Origin: Marsupella aquatica
Lineage: Eukaryota; Plantae; Marchantiophyta
Assembly (NCBI GenBank): GCA_973895155.1
Contig: OZ316891.1
Span: 6,481,708-6,545,707, forward strand
Length of the DNA: 64,000 bases
Reading direction: 5' to 3'
The notes under the pieces were generated by a model, which ran no database searches, was not told the origin of the DNA, and saw only the letters and a program-made list of their open reading frames with translations. Position 1 is the first letter of the stretch, and each line of letters begins with the position of its first letter. The translations under genes were made by a program, and so were the position numbers. Below, piece after piece: positions 38,430-52,100 of this stretch.

Positions 38430-39981
38430 GGGACATATTTATATGCACTTGGGTCCAGCCTAGACATTTGTTCATGTTTGGTGATATAAAAAAAAGGATT
38501 TTCTATATTTATATTTGCCATTCACTTTTGAATGAATCATACTCATGACATATGTATTGTATTGTTTTATTGTGATCACTTGTGAATTTTACATGCAACT
38601 TTCTATCTAACCTCTGTTGCTCAATATAACTTTATTTCCTACTTATTCCATAATTTTCATTCTCACCCTCGTGTTTCCCTCCTCCGTGGTACGTCTGTCC
38701 CTCCTCCTCCCTTCCTCTTTCTCCTCCCTCCTTCCTCTTCCATTGTACTCCCTCCCTTTTCCATCCTTCATTGTACCTCCCTCCATCCTCCCTTCCTCTT
38801 CCCTCCTGCCCCATCCATATATTGGACCATCCACCCTTTTCATTGTCTCACCTCACAATAACCTTAATTTTTAGTTTGCGAACAATTTGCAAAGCTCACA
38901 AACTCTCACCGGACTCGCAATTTATATGAAGCTTCTCGTTTCTCAATATTTCCATACTACACTCTTCGCAAACTTGTGAAGCAAAATAAATCACAAATTT
39001 CATATTTTCAGCGTTTCGCAAATCTTCCATCCTCCGACATTCTTAAACTTGTCAAACAACTACTATCGCAAAACATTTTCAATCCAATATTCTTCGCAAA
39101 TATTTACATGAGTTAGTTTCGGAGTCGGCGAGCAATTTTTCCGTCTTCGGAAGGTGCCTTTCCATTCGACGCATTTCGGTAAAAATTGCAAAACCACTTA
39201 CTTCGCAATTTATTAGCGATATAATGCGCTTCAGCTATTATATTTGCGATAGGGATAGAATCGCAAATTGCGATGCGGGTTGATTCGCAAAATATGCAAA
39301 GCGCCGCCCATCGGAAATACAAGAGCGTCGACAAAAATACCTTTGCAAAAGTGTCAAATATGTTGTAGTGTTAGTTGGTCTTCCGTGCAACACACGAGGC
39401 TCCCCTAAAGATGCTCTCATAAAACACACAAGGAAAATGCATAAACAAACTATAATCACCAACAAGATATAATCACACTAGAAACATGAACGAACATTAT
39501 AAACATACAATGACATATATACACCACAATAATTACATTAAATAGACAGTGAATACATGATAGAGAATTTTACCTTCATTATCACTAGAAACAATAAGAG
39601 ATCATTTTCTACTATCGAGCTTGGAACTTGTGCGATACTAGAGTGATGTGCCATCCATGTAGTCATCATGCTTGCCAACTCCTTCACAATGGCTTTCAAT
39701 TCATCGACATCCAATTGCACAGCCCCAATGGTAGTGATCTCTTCTTTTGAATGTGGGGTCTCTAAATGACTCACAAACCAACTCAACATTCTCACTGTCA
39801 AACTAACAAACTTGAATGTGGGGTCTGTAAATGACTCACAAACCAACACAACATTCTCACTGTCAAACTAACCAACAACTCAACATTCTGTCAAATAGAA
39901 AATGATGTACAAATTAGATTGGAATGACAATACTCACAGCTGATCCATGTCTGTACCTCGCACCAATCCATGTCTGTACCT

Positions 39982-42213
39982 CGCACCATAGATGCTGTCG
40001 CCAGTCTTCTTCCCGTCACTACTTTTGCTCGTGGATAGACTTGATGTCTCGATCAAAAAACTCTTGAGTCTCTACAATGCCTCCTCTTCACCTCCTACCA
40101 GTAGAGCCCCTCCGTATGGAGTACTTTTCTCCTGCTTAGCAAGAATGTGAAAACTCAATGCCAGGCATTCAAATCAAGTTGAATTCTCTCTAAATGGGAA
40201 GTCAATGATAACGCTAAATCGCCCCTAGGAAAGGGCCACTCTTATGAGTTGAGTCTAACATTTTTCCCTTTCTCCCTCAGATATATCTGTGAGAGAGGTT
40301 GTGGGGTGAAGAGACAATCCGACTTCACTCGCTTCACACCTTACTTAAACCAAATACTCCAGCTTAGCCAAGTACAAATCTAAAATCAACTCCCAACAGG
40401 AAGTGGCAAAGAAAGATCACAAAAGCCACCCTTTCCGGTGTTGAAAACAAGGTTAAGAGGTGAAAAATGCATCTGGAGCAGAAAACGCAGAACTCCTCAG
40501 GGGATATAGAGAACAATACTAACCTGAAGACCATTAAGAGTCTGCAGTCTACACATACATTAGGTTCTCACCAAATTCAATAGACACAAATCTAACAAAA
40601 AGAAGACTACAGTCGGCACGTGATTATGTTTGGTGCAAAATTGTCTTACTACGAGAGATAGGAATAATTTTCCTCACAAGTCCTTTTAAGGTTTAAGTGC
40701 GCTGTAAAATATAATGTCACGCATGATCCTCCCCTTCATGAAGGAAACAACATAGAGACCTAGAACTGCAATATTGTATACAGAAAAGTCTCCATATTTG
40801 CAGCTATGCATTGATTGAATGTGAGTGGTACGCGTTTCAATTACCTATGGCGATCAGTAACTTACAGAAGTTGGAACTTGTTTGAAACTTAAGAAAACAC
40901 AAAAGAACTAGTACTTGGGGGAAGAAGGGATAGGCACCTCCACCATCCCCATTGCATTCCCCATCCTGTTATATTCGTAATACTAATACAGATTCTTGAT
41001 TGGGTTGGTCTATATCTTTATTCAAATTCACCTTGCCCACAGCAACCCAAGGGTTTGAAAGTTAACATAGGTTTTACCATGCCCAAGATCCTGAGAGAAG
41101 CACAGATAACACGACAAAACTCCAATCACATGACTCGAAAAATATGCTCTTGCTTACTAACGGGTGAGGGCTTCACGTTCAAACACAAACAGATCCTCAG
41201 CTAAAAAATGAAACATAATTCGATGAGATTGGTGAGTAGATGATGCCATTGTCTCTTAAACAAATGAGACAATATAACTTACTGGTCGCTTGGCAGAAGT
41301 TGGATTCAATCCTAGGTCTTGAAGGGATGGAATATCTCCAGCCTTGATGCTGCCACGATTAGGAAACCCTTTCAGCTGCTTGGCAGCAGGTATAGTAGCT
41401 CTCACTTCCAATTGCTGTACTTTCTCTCTGAAGCCACCATAGTTGGAAGGCATTTCGTCCAGCTTGAACGGAAGGTCATCAATGTGGAACAAGGTACTTC
41501 CCCAAAAGAATTTTGGGTCCACTCCTTTCTCCTTCAGTGCAGCAGTGACCTTCGTGATCTCGGCAACCATCTCCTCGATAGCCACTTCTCGGTGAGCGTA
41601 AAGGGCATCGGCTCCAACACTCTTTGCTAGCGTGACTAACACCTCCTCGGGCTTCCCAATTCTCACGATCAGCTCCGAGCCTCTTTGCCTCAAATTCTCT
41701 CACAATTTGGCCACAAATTCCAAAAGAAACTTAGCTCTGTATGGGCCGGTTTTGTCGAATCCCGATGACGATTTTCCATAGTCACGAGGATCAAAGCAGT
41801 AGATGGGGAGAATTGACACAGATTCATTGCTGGCATTGACCAGAGCCTCATTGTTGTGGACACGCAGATCGTTCCTAAACTAGACAATAGTAGCCCTTTG
41901 CAGGCCAGCGGGGTTCTTGGGTTCCCCCAAAATTGCGATCCCTGAGCCTTTGGTACTCTGGAAATGGGGAGATGAAGCTCGCAAGCTTGCTGCCATTGTG
42001 CACACTCTGAAGGGGGGCAGTGGCAGCCACCAGCACCTTGGCGGAGCCCACAACAGGGCTGGGATTCAGAGCGCTCCTGGAAGACGTGTCCGCTGGCTTG
42101 GCAAACCCCACCTTCTTGGCTTTCGATGATGATTGACCACCAACAGCCAGGTTGACAAGATGAGTCAATGGAGGGACAACAACATTGAGAGAAAGCACGG
42201 AGTCCATGGCCAA
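39982..42213 (-). pseudogene. PHR2: Captured fragment of photolyase/blue-light receptor PHR2: exon 1 (42213-41283), intron, and partial exon 2 (40131-~39982)
   Basis: ATIV*FRNDLRVHNNE, LPIYCFDPRDYGKSSSGFDKTGPYRA, GADALYAHREV, FWGSTLFHIDDLPF and MPSNYGGF; exon 2 reads VGGEEEAL*RLKSF...SIYGA. Contains stops and a frameshift and is truncated. Confidence 0.9.
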
Positions 42214-44399
42214 GCTCAGAGACGCTGCCCCGGGACAGGATTGGGTGCCAGGCCATACACAAGAACCTCCGTCCGACCATCATGACGATCACCACCATCT
42301 TCTGCCAATTCTGCTCGTCCACCAGAAGGATCCGAAGACCGAAAATTCCTCACTGGCATTTTTTGTGGCTGACTTCCAAAAATGGCAAGAGATGGCGCAT
42401 CACCAACGATTCCTGCTATCCAGGTTCGTATCCAATATGAGCTTGAGATCTTGGAAGTCTGCCATCTCCCTCTCTAGCCCGTGCCTACTGCCCTGCACGC
42501 TGTGAACATGAGTATGGTGTGTGTTGTTGTGAACGTGTTCTTCTGTCAATATGTGGAATAGTAGGACAGGAAAAGTGTAATGTGGGTAGGGTTTACCCTA
42601 AATGAAAGTTACGTAACACATGTGCACTAACAGACAATGGGAACATTCAATCTGACTGGATCCTTTAAGACAACACATATATTGCAGGCACATGTAAAGC
42701 TCCACGAACATTGAGACAGGGTCGGAAAGCGGGTCCAGGTTGTGATTAAGAGAAAGAAACAGAGAGAAACCCCAGCTCCAGCCATCGCTTGAGCACACAT
42801 TTGCTTACCCTTAAAGCCCGAACTTGCTCCCACAAATGTAAGTCCTTAGTTCCTCCCACCACCGTTTGACAATGGCTGTTGCACTGCAAAGACAGTGCAA
42901 CGAAGCTCCCCTTCCAACAATGGACAGCTACCGCAGCTCCTCAGCTCCCACAGCTCCTCCGCTATGGAACCTCTTGTAGCTGCTTGCCGATCGCAGCTCA
43001 TCCTCACCCGCTCCTCACCACTCCTCTCACTCCTCAATCTCCAGTAGCTTGTCGCCGACTACAGGTCGTCACGGATTGCCTTGAACCCTTGAACTCCCGC
43101 AGCTCCTCCCTGACGGCAGCTCAATGATCACAATCTTAGCTGCACAACCCAAGCCTTGAGCACGCCTCACACCTCATCTGACCAAGCTACGAAGGCACAA
43201 CGTAGCCAGGATCGATGGCCATGTAAACCGTGTGAGGAGGCCGTCGACGCTACGCAACCCTCACCAATGTGCTAAGCACCCTAAAGCAGAGAGCACTCAG
43301 TAATGTGGTGTGCCAAGAAAGCCAAACATTGAACGTCAAGTCTCGACGGAAGCACGGAGGGAGGGAGCAGGCGCAGGCGTAGGCGCAAGTAGAAGGAACG
43401 GACAGCGGACGTGCTTATGATGATAAGCTAGGCACTCAGGACCACCCTCAACATTGTCGTCGCGGTTGCGCTCCACATTGCCCTTCAGCACGATGTTTCT
43501 CGAAAGGAATGGAATGACCTAAGCACTCAGGACTGCCCTCCGTTGCGCTCTACATTGGCCTGCTGCACGACGTTTCTTGGTAGAAATGAATGCAACCACA
43601 CCAAGATCAAATAATTATGTGTCCTACCTGTAAGTGCTTTGTTACAAAGTAAAATTGACTGCGGGAATCCTCTCGTTTACATGCGATAGTCCTCCCACAA
43701 TGCAGGGCGTCATCTCAGCCGTCGGCATTTGTGTAGGTGTCATCAACACTGTTAATATAAAAATAATGTTAATGATATAAGAGGTCCTTTTAGACCAAGG
43801 GGAAACCTTGAATTGGTAGTTTTCTAAAGCTCTAGTTATGGCTCAAGAACACATTGACCCTAAATCCATAACTCGCCCCTCATTTAAACAAATTAATCCT
43901 TCATGGCAGGTGGAGGTGTTGCTGATGACACTAGTGTAACTATGTAACACCATTTTTTTGGGTGATAGATTATGTCTGAAAAATATATATCATTCCAAAT
44001 GTTAGCATTTCATAGCTCTCCACTGGGTGACTCAAATAATAGAAAACCCTCATTGACAATCGACTCAAACACATTTCTAGGGCAACTATTAGTTTTGTAG
44101 TAATGAGTATATTATGTGTACTCTAAACCCTCTACTCCTGGGTTGTGTGGTAAATATCCAGCTCCACGGATGGGTCATTTGTATAGGTATTGAATGACAT
44201 CACGACAGACAATTCTAATGACTACATCCAACATGATAGCCCTAATGACCTTATTTCCTGTCATTGGCATTTATGCAACATCATTAATTGCAAATACTCC
44301 AATAAAGGACCTTAGGGTACCTCCAAAGAACCCACCAAATTCCAAAACCAATAGTCCTCCAAAGTATTCAATAAACCAAGCCCCTCTAGCTCCTAGCCC

Positions 44400-47270
44400 C
44401 AAGTGTCATTTGTGTAGGTCCTGAATGAAATTGTAAGGAGTTACCTCTCTTATGACTCCGTATGTCGTCATTTGGTCTACATGACCCTACATATGACAAC
44501 CCCAATGATTGGCCTAAATGACTGCATAGGGGACCCCTTAAATGACCCAAAGTCCAGTCATTTGACTTATATGACATTCCATATGACCAATTTTCAGACC
44601 CTAATTGTAGTCATTGGTATTTATGACACAAATTGGTTTGGAAATGACCCAATGAAGGGCCTAGTACCTCCAAAGAGAGCGTGTTCCGTATTCCTTGAAA
44701 AACTGGAATATTCCTATATCTTTATACTAAAGAGGGAAGCACATGGACCATAGAAGGAAGCACCACAACCAGGCCCATTCCATTCGAGTTGCACTACGTC
44801 TTGGAGAAACAAACCAAATGGCTCCATTTGCCTTTGGAACATAAGATATCCATCCATGATGACGATCTTGGAAAATCGTTCCAAAGCCATACGACTTGGG
44901 AGTGATTTCCCCAAAGTTCCATCATGCCTTACTAGTGGAGGGTAAGCACAAAAACATACCTTAACATTAATTATGGCATAACTAGTGGTGGAGAATAGTA
45001 AGTAGAGTGTCCAGCGCCTAGTGGAGGGGTTGCAAGCATTATGTGGGCCACATGGCACTCTAGGGCCCGCGTTTAGCCCCTAGCCCCAAATTGGTTATTT
45101 GTGCTTCCCCTAAATGACTACCCAAGGGACCCCTCAAATGACCACAATTCCAGTCATTTGACTTAAATGACATCGAATGTGACCATTTTAATGACCCTAC
45201 GTGTAGTCCATGGTATTTATGACATAGTTTTGTTTAGAAATGACCCAATGAAGCCCTAGTACCTCCAAACAGACCCCATTGTAGATTCTTTGCAAAAATG
45301 GAATATTCCTATACCTTTAACCAGCACACATACCGTAGAGGGAAGCATCACTACCATGCCCATTCCATTGGTGTTGCACTACCTCTTGGAGGAACAAACC
45401 AAATGGATCCATTTGCCTTTGGAATATAAGATATTCATCCATGATGGTGGTGTTGGCAAATCACTCCAAAGCCGTATGACTTGGGAGTGATTTCCCCAAG
45501 GTTGTATCATCCCTTAAGTAATTGCAAAAACATGGCTTCAAAGTGCTCATGGCGCAACTAGTGGTTGGAGAATAGTAAGTATAGTGTCTCACACCTAGTG
45601 GAAAGGTTGCCAGTTCCATATAGGGCCCCATGACACTCTAGGGCCCACTTCCAGCCCTTAGCCCCAAACTCCCCAAACTGGTCATTTATGCTTGTCCATA
45701 ATGACACCATGAGGGATCTCCCTAATGACAACATCTTTAGTCATTTGGTCCAAATGACCTCTAAAATGACAACCAAATTGACCCTTATTGCAGTCATTGG
45801 CATTAATGACACACCATTTCGTGAAAATGACCCAATGAAGATTACACTACCTCTCGGAGTGCCCCTCACAATTCCTTTGCAATTTAATAGAACATTCCTC
45901 ATCTAAACATCGGGTCAAACATGACATAGTTTTATAGAAGGACGATAGTTTATCGGGCAAACATGACTAGTAAATTGCACTATATAAATATCTTGGAGAG
46001 ACAAAAACAATTGGTGTTTGCCTTTGGATAGGATGGTATGCATGCATGGTGACACTTTTGGCAAATGACTCCAAAGTTGTATGACTTGGGAGTGATTTTC
46101 CCAAAGTTCTATCATGCCTAAAGTAAATGCAAAAACACGGCTCCAAAGTGCTAATGGTGCAACTAGTGGTTGGAGAATAGTAAATATAGTATTTGGCACC
46201 TAGTGGAGGGGTTGCAAGCTCTATGTGGGGCCACATGGCACTCTAGGGCCCACCTTCAGCCCCTAGCCCCAAACTGGCCATTTGTGCTTCTGTTTAATGA
46301 CTGCACAAGGGACCCATCAATTGACCACAAATCCAGTCACTTGACTTATATGACTTCTCATATGACAGTTTTAATGACTCTACTTTTAGTCATTGGCATT
46401 TATGACGGGCCATTGCTCACATATGACCCAATAAAGGACCTAGTACCTCCACAAAGAGCCCACTTTAGATTCCTTGCAAGGTTAGAATATTCCTCTACCC
46501 TAAACCAGCACACACACCATATAGGGAAGCACAACAACCACGCCCTTACCCTAAACCCTGCTGCACTACCTCTTGGAGAACAAAAATAGCACTTTTGTTT
46601 TCATTTGGATGTGATGGTATGCGCCCATTTGACATTTTTGACAAATCACTCCAAAGTCGTATGATTTAGGAGTGATTTCCCCTAGGGTGCATCATGCCTT
46701 AAGTAAACGCAAAAACATGTGTCCAAAGTGTTTATGTCGCAACTAGTGGTTGGACAATGATGAGATAGTGTCCCGCACCTAGTGGAGGGGTTCTTAGCTC
46801 TATGTGGGGCCCCATGGCACCCTAGGGCCCACCTCCAGCCCCTAGCCCCAAACTGGTCATTTGTGCTTCTGCTTAATGACTGCACAAGGGACCCCTCAAA
46901 TGACCACAAATCCAGTCATTTGACTTATGTGACAGCCCATATGACAGATTTAATGACCCTACTTGTAGTCATTGGTATTTATGACACCAATTTTTTTAGA
47001 AATGACTCAATGAAGATTACACTACCTCCTTGAGTGCCCCGTCACTATTCCCCATCCAAACACCGGCACAAACATGACACAATTACATGGAAGGACGACA
47101 GCCTTGCACTACTTCTTGCAGAGACAAAAAATGGCTTCATTTCCTTTTAGATAGGATGGTATGACACCATGAGGGATGTCTTGAATGACAACTTATATAG
47201 TCATTTGGTCAAAATGACCTCTAATATGACCACTGACATTACCCTTATTGTAGTCATTGGCATTCTTCAA
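44400..47270 (+). repeat. Degenerate tandem array of ~580-605-bp units (~4-5 copies) in the right arm of the outer CACTA
   Basis: Marker AGTGATTT(C/T)CC at ~44901, 45486, 46091 and 46671; marker CCTAGTGGA at ~45017, 45594, 46199 and 46778. Confidence 0.85.
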
Positions 47271-47354
47271 TGACTACAATTATGACCGGTGTCTGGAATG
47301 ACTATTGAGTATTTTAATCTTGATATCTCTTGGGTTCTTTAATGACTCTATAAG

Positions 47355-47610
47355 TAGTCATTTATGCAATAAGTCCATAATGATTGTATGTTATTGTAAA
47401 CATTGATATATCATGATTTTTAGATTGACTCTATATTTAGTCATTTATGCGACAAGTCCATAATGACAGTATGTTGTTGTAAACATTGATATATCCTAAT
47501 TTCAAGATTGACCCTAGAGTTAGTCATTTATGAGAGAAGTCCATAATGACGGTATGTTGTTGTAAACATTGATATATTCTTATTTTGAGATTGACCCTAG
47601 ATTTTGTCAT
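47355..47610 (+). repeat. Tandem repeat, 3 x 83 bp, in the CACTA subterminal region
   Basis: TAGTCATTTATG...AAGTCCATAATGA...GTAAACATTGATAT starts at 47355, 47438 and 47521. Confidence 0.88.
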
Positions 47611-49192
47611 TTAACACCGTTGGTTAAAATGACGGAAATACATATTTGTCATTTATCACCGTTGTCCAAAATGACCCAAATAGATTTTTGGTCATTTCAA
47701 TCATTGTCCAAAGTGACTATAATGGTGCTAAACATTGATTTATCATTGTTGTTATTTATTGGGTCATTTAGGACATATGTCTAAATTGACCATTTTAGGA
47801 AAATTATGTCATTTTGGTCGCATCAGTCATTACAGACATTATATAAAATGACACAAAAGTTATCATTTTGTCATTTCAGTCTATTGGTCATTGTGGATAG
47901 TCATTCTCCCGTCATTCTTTTTGTGTCATTAGAAATTTTGGTCATTGACTCAATTCCGTCATTGGATGATTGGTCATAAAGGGCCCTGTTTTCTTCTAGT
48001 GTTTGCAATTATAAATAACATTGAAAATAACTCAAAAGGCATTACAAGACACACAAACCTCTCGGACATGAAAACTCAAACTTTGCACTTTTCCTTCACC
48101 AAGCTTCCTTTCTTAGTTTTATTGTCTTCCTTCTCTTCTCATGCAACCAGTTAGACACAATCATTTCCTTGGGTTGGACAATATGGGCATGTAAACAAAT
48201 GCTAGCAAAATGGATAGCAGTAGATGTCTATGACAAACAAACAATGAGTCTACTCAAAGACCTCTAGATTGCACTCCAAGGTCCAATGGCAGTTCTCCTA
48301 GGCAGCCAACATTGTCCTTCCGCATCTTGTTATGGCATCAACCTCTGCCTTTTGACCTCTGCATGAAACTCAAAAGTGTTCAAACTGAACATTGGAATTG
48401 GGTGGTAGGTTGGCTGCCCCTTAATTCCCTGGCTTGAACCCCAAACCTGAATAGCAAAAACCCTAGCAGGCCTAACCTAACTTAACCCTCTATTCCTATC
48501 AAAGCCCCAATAGCCTCCTTAGGTTACACCCTTCCATAGCCCTTCTATAGCTAGCCCTCCTCCAGTAACAGCAGCAACAATTGAGGCTCCATGAAATTGG
48601 TTTGCCACTAAATATAAAGGCCCAAACCCTACATCCATGCATGCTTTTAGCTATTCTCTTGGGAAAAGTTAAATTAACTATTCTTTGGGATATACACGTG
48701 TACCAATTACACAGTGACAGGCTACCAATTAGAACATGACACATGTCCAATTCATGTGCATAACACAAAAACCCTTTTCTTTGACAACTTCATGGAATAT
48801 GACCCATTTAATATGGGCCACCCAAAAATTGAACCAAGTAGTTGGGGTACATCAAGTTTTGTGGGTTCAGACCCGTGGACCAATTAGAACTCCCCCAGTG
48901 CTGCCCATTTTTGCTTAAAACCTAAAATACAATGATAATGGAGATGAGTATTCTCTGTCACTCTTGTTTCCCACCGGTACCCTGAATTGGGAAATTTAGG
49001 TAGGCTCACCACGCAATGTAGAGGCTGCCAAATTTTCTAAGAGTGGTGGTCACCTGTACTTTTAGGCTGCCAAAGACTCCCCTCAAAGATATTGAGGGTG
49101 CAAACATGGCCCACAAGCCATTCCTAGTTCTGCTAGATCATAAACTAAGGACAGCAGTAGTGTCAACCATGCTAATGTGACTGGACATAAAT

Positions 49193-52100
49193 CTAAAAGA
49201 GACTTGACTTAGAGGAGGAAAAGTAACCCAAATATTTTACCTGTAGTTGCCATGGCCCCCCAAAATACATATCTTCTCTAACACTTTCAATACCAATAAC
49301 ATCACGAGTAGTTTTACGTTGTAGCTGTTGGGCAGCTTCTGCATCTGCCCTAGCTCCAACTTCATCCTTCATTAAATATTTGATGTAGCCTCTATGCTGG
49401 AGGATAGTAAAATCAAAATTGCTTTCTTGCCGGTCTTGCCTCAGTTGATAAGCTGCATCCAAGTCATCAAGCGCCCCTGATAAATCTCTGCATAGCCTCC
49501 GTACAATTCCTCTCCATGTCAAGTATCGACAGAGGATAGGCTGCTGCCCCCACATCTCAGCTCTCTCTCTTAAGTAGTCTGGGAGGTTAGATTGCTGGGT
49601 CCTCTCAACTTCCCCATCTGCACCCAATAAGGCCCTTGTGTAATCCCCCAACATAGCTTCAAGAAATATCCTATTCCACCTGTGTACACAGGTCTGTGTG
49701 TCAATTGACCTGTGGAACTGCATAAGACATCTTAATATGGAAGCAGAGGGGACATAGACCTCCAAATAACTTGAGTTCCTTCTCACACACCACACTGACA
49801 AGCTTGTGTATAGTGAAGCCCTCTCACAAGGGTATTTTTATGGATAAAGCCCAAGGGTACTAGGCTTGCCTGGGTGCTTTTCCTGAAACATTGCTTCGGA
49901 AGGGTTTTACAGTGCGACCTTTACTGTGCCTGGAGCTGGACTTAAAGTTTTCTGATTTTTGGAGTGCTTCATACTTGAAAACCTGCACAGGGCATTCACA
50001 CATCTGCCCAAAGCAAAAATGTTGTTCACATGGACCGAGACCATCAACCATACAACCCCCATGGACCATTACACCTTAGTTTAACACCTTCACTCATTGA
50101 CAACTTCTCATTTCCAAAGAGTTTTCAGTAGCAAAGTTTGACCTTCAACATCATTCTCCCTTTCTGTCCAGGGGAATTGGCTCTTCTTGGGATCATTAGA
50201 TGTGGATTGGAAAGATCTTTCCCACTAGTCTAATATCTCTATTCATGAAGAATTGACAGAGTTATGAATTCCTAAAATTTCTCAGTGTCCACACTTTACG
50301 CTAAACCCACTAACCAGTTCGGATGACTATAATTTATCATTTATTTCATATTATTTGAAGGTATTATGAACCAAGTGCCCAAGCGTTCTGGTGCCTTCAA
50401 CATTAAAAATGAATTAAGATTAATAGGCATTACGAACCCATCCGTTGTATTGCATGGCGTCAGGGCCAGGAGAAGAGGGAATTTACTTGTGTATCATCTA
50501 TCTTCGGCAACAATTGATGACGTCCCTTGGGTGACTTGCTAGCACTTTGATTACTATAGTTGTCAAGCTCAAAATTAGAACCTGAGAGTTGTTTCGATCC
50601 CTTTAAATTTCCACCTTAAATTGATCATTATTAAAATTGCTAATGTGAACTCGGGCCATGGTCCTAAAACAAGCGGGCCGTACCTTTCCCTGAATTGTAG
50701 GATTTATATCCTCTTGTCATGCTCAGTATGAGGCCCACACTTTTTTTTTCTTGATTTTTGGTCGTTTCCTGACTCACTGTGTTGTTTGCTTTGCCTGTCT
50801 TATATTGATTCTAAAGGACAGGACCTCAAGGCTGCAAAGTTTGCAGCCCCTGCCTGCCCCTGGTTCTCCACCTTTGCATGCCATAAGACCTGCCTGAATA
50901 GCAGGTTCTTCCACAAAATTCTCAGTTAGTATGTTATTGCCATCTGTGGAGTGGAGGGCAGGAAAACTAAGGACCTCACACATACAAGAGAGCCCTAAGG
51001 GCCCTCTTGCATGTAGACTGTCCTAAAAACTCGGCCCTTTACTTAATGTCTCTCGGGCTATGAGCCTATGAGTGAGCCAAGCTTTCCCCCTCACCATGCA
51101 GTCCTCACGGCAGAAAACAAGGAGTTTGAAGGGCAAGGGCCAGAAAGTTTCCTGCCGTTCAGAGTCCCAACTTTTGATATATGAATAAGACAATATATTG
51201 CCCTAGAAGGAAGGAAAGAAAGCGACAAAGAAGGACAGGCGGGTGAGTGGGTAGGGCACACATCTTTAAGTAGCAGATTATGTGAGGATTTGAGATGACC
51301 TTTTTGCCAACAATTTAGGAGTCATAAGGACCCCATTTTTTTAAGACGATGGCACTTGCAGGACAGCCCTAAGGACCTCACACATAAATCTAAATCAAAG
51401 ATCACACTTTGGGAACGCAAGCCATTTCTCAATGGCACACAAGCCAAGCTCAAAGGTACACAATCCAAGCAGTTTCGTACCTCAACATTTCTGCAGCATC
51501 ACCGATGAGCCACGTCCTATAACGGAACATCATATCACTCTCCGGAGTCGGGAACTGGTCAAAATGCAGTTGAGCGAGTTCCAAGTTTTCAAGAGCCTCC
51601 TCGTACGCTCCCATATCAAAATGGGCTTGAAATCGACTCCAATATATTCCGAAACAGTCCGTCGCTCCCATCGCTGGAGAAGAAGATACTGCTTGTAGTT
51701 GTTTCAGAGTTGGTACGTCTCTCAATCTTGGGTTTGTTGAAGCGTAGCAGAGCTTTGTAAGCGCCCTAGTAGAATTAATGGGCCACACCCAAGTGTAATC
51801 ATTGATTGTATCAATCTCGATAAGTTACAAGAATAGCAAACCTTCCTCAAGCCCAGGCAATGAAGCAATGGAATGTCTCAGCTCCTTGTCCCGTGCTATC
51901 TGATCCAGTATTCCGGCAGCTATAGAAGCTCGTTCCATCAATTCTGTCCGATGCTGCTCGCTATGAGTGCCCTGCCAAGTTTCCTTGAGTCGAGCCAGGA
52001 TATTTCCAAGGCCATGTAATGAACCGCTCTGGATGGTACGGAATTTGATCCTGTTCTCTTCCACGGATGCCAGCTCACTTAATATGTATCCTGCCCGATT

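Larger units (their letters stand above)
29682..39370 (+). mobile_element. Inner, autonomous-type CACTA/EnSpm transposon (9.7 kb) nested in the outer CACTA
   Basis: TIRs CACTACAACA/TGTTGTAGTG and TSD TCA/TTA (2/3). It has its own subterminal motif TTCGCAA/TTGCGAA and encodes a TnpD-like transposase, a TnpA-like protein and a SET exon. Confidence 0.9.
25164..48001. mobile_element. Outer non-autonomous CACTA (Pack-CACTA), 22.8 kb including nested elements
   Basis: Left TIR CACTAGTAGAAAACAAGG; right TIR CCCTGTTTTCTTCTAGTG. 3-bp TSD TTT with the empty site in arm 1. Dense AATGAC/GTCATT subterminal motifs at ~25190-25815 and ~44170-47980. Confidence 0.92.

Noticed and set aside
38617-38874. Hydrophobic and charged short ORFs
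   Set aside because: They derive from a CT-rich simple-sequence tract downstream of the transposase.
51440-51480. Apparent extra frameshift/stop in NLR copy 2 (AWIVYL*)
   Set aside because: It lies after the AG|GTACG donor at 51481/51480, inside intron 3. The phase-2 splice to exon 4 restores ...EMLR-WNRIF.
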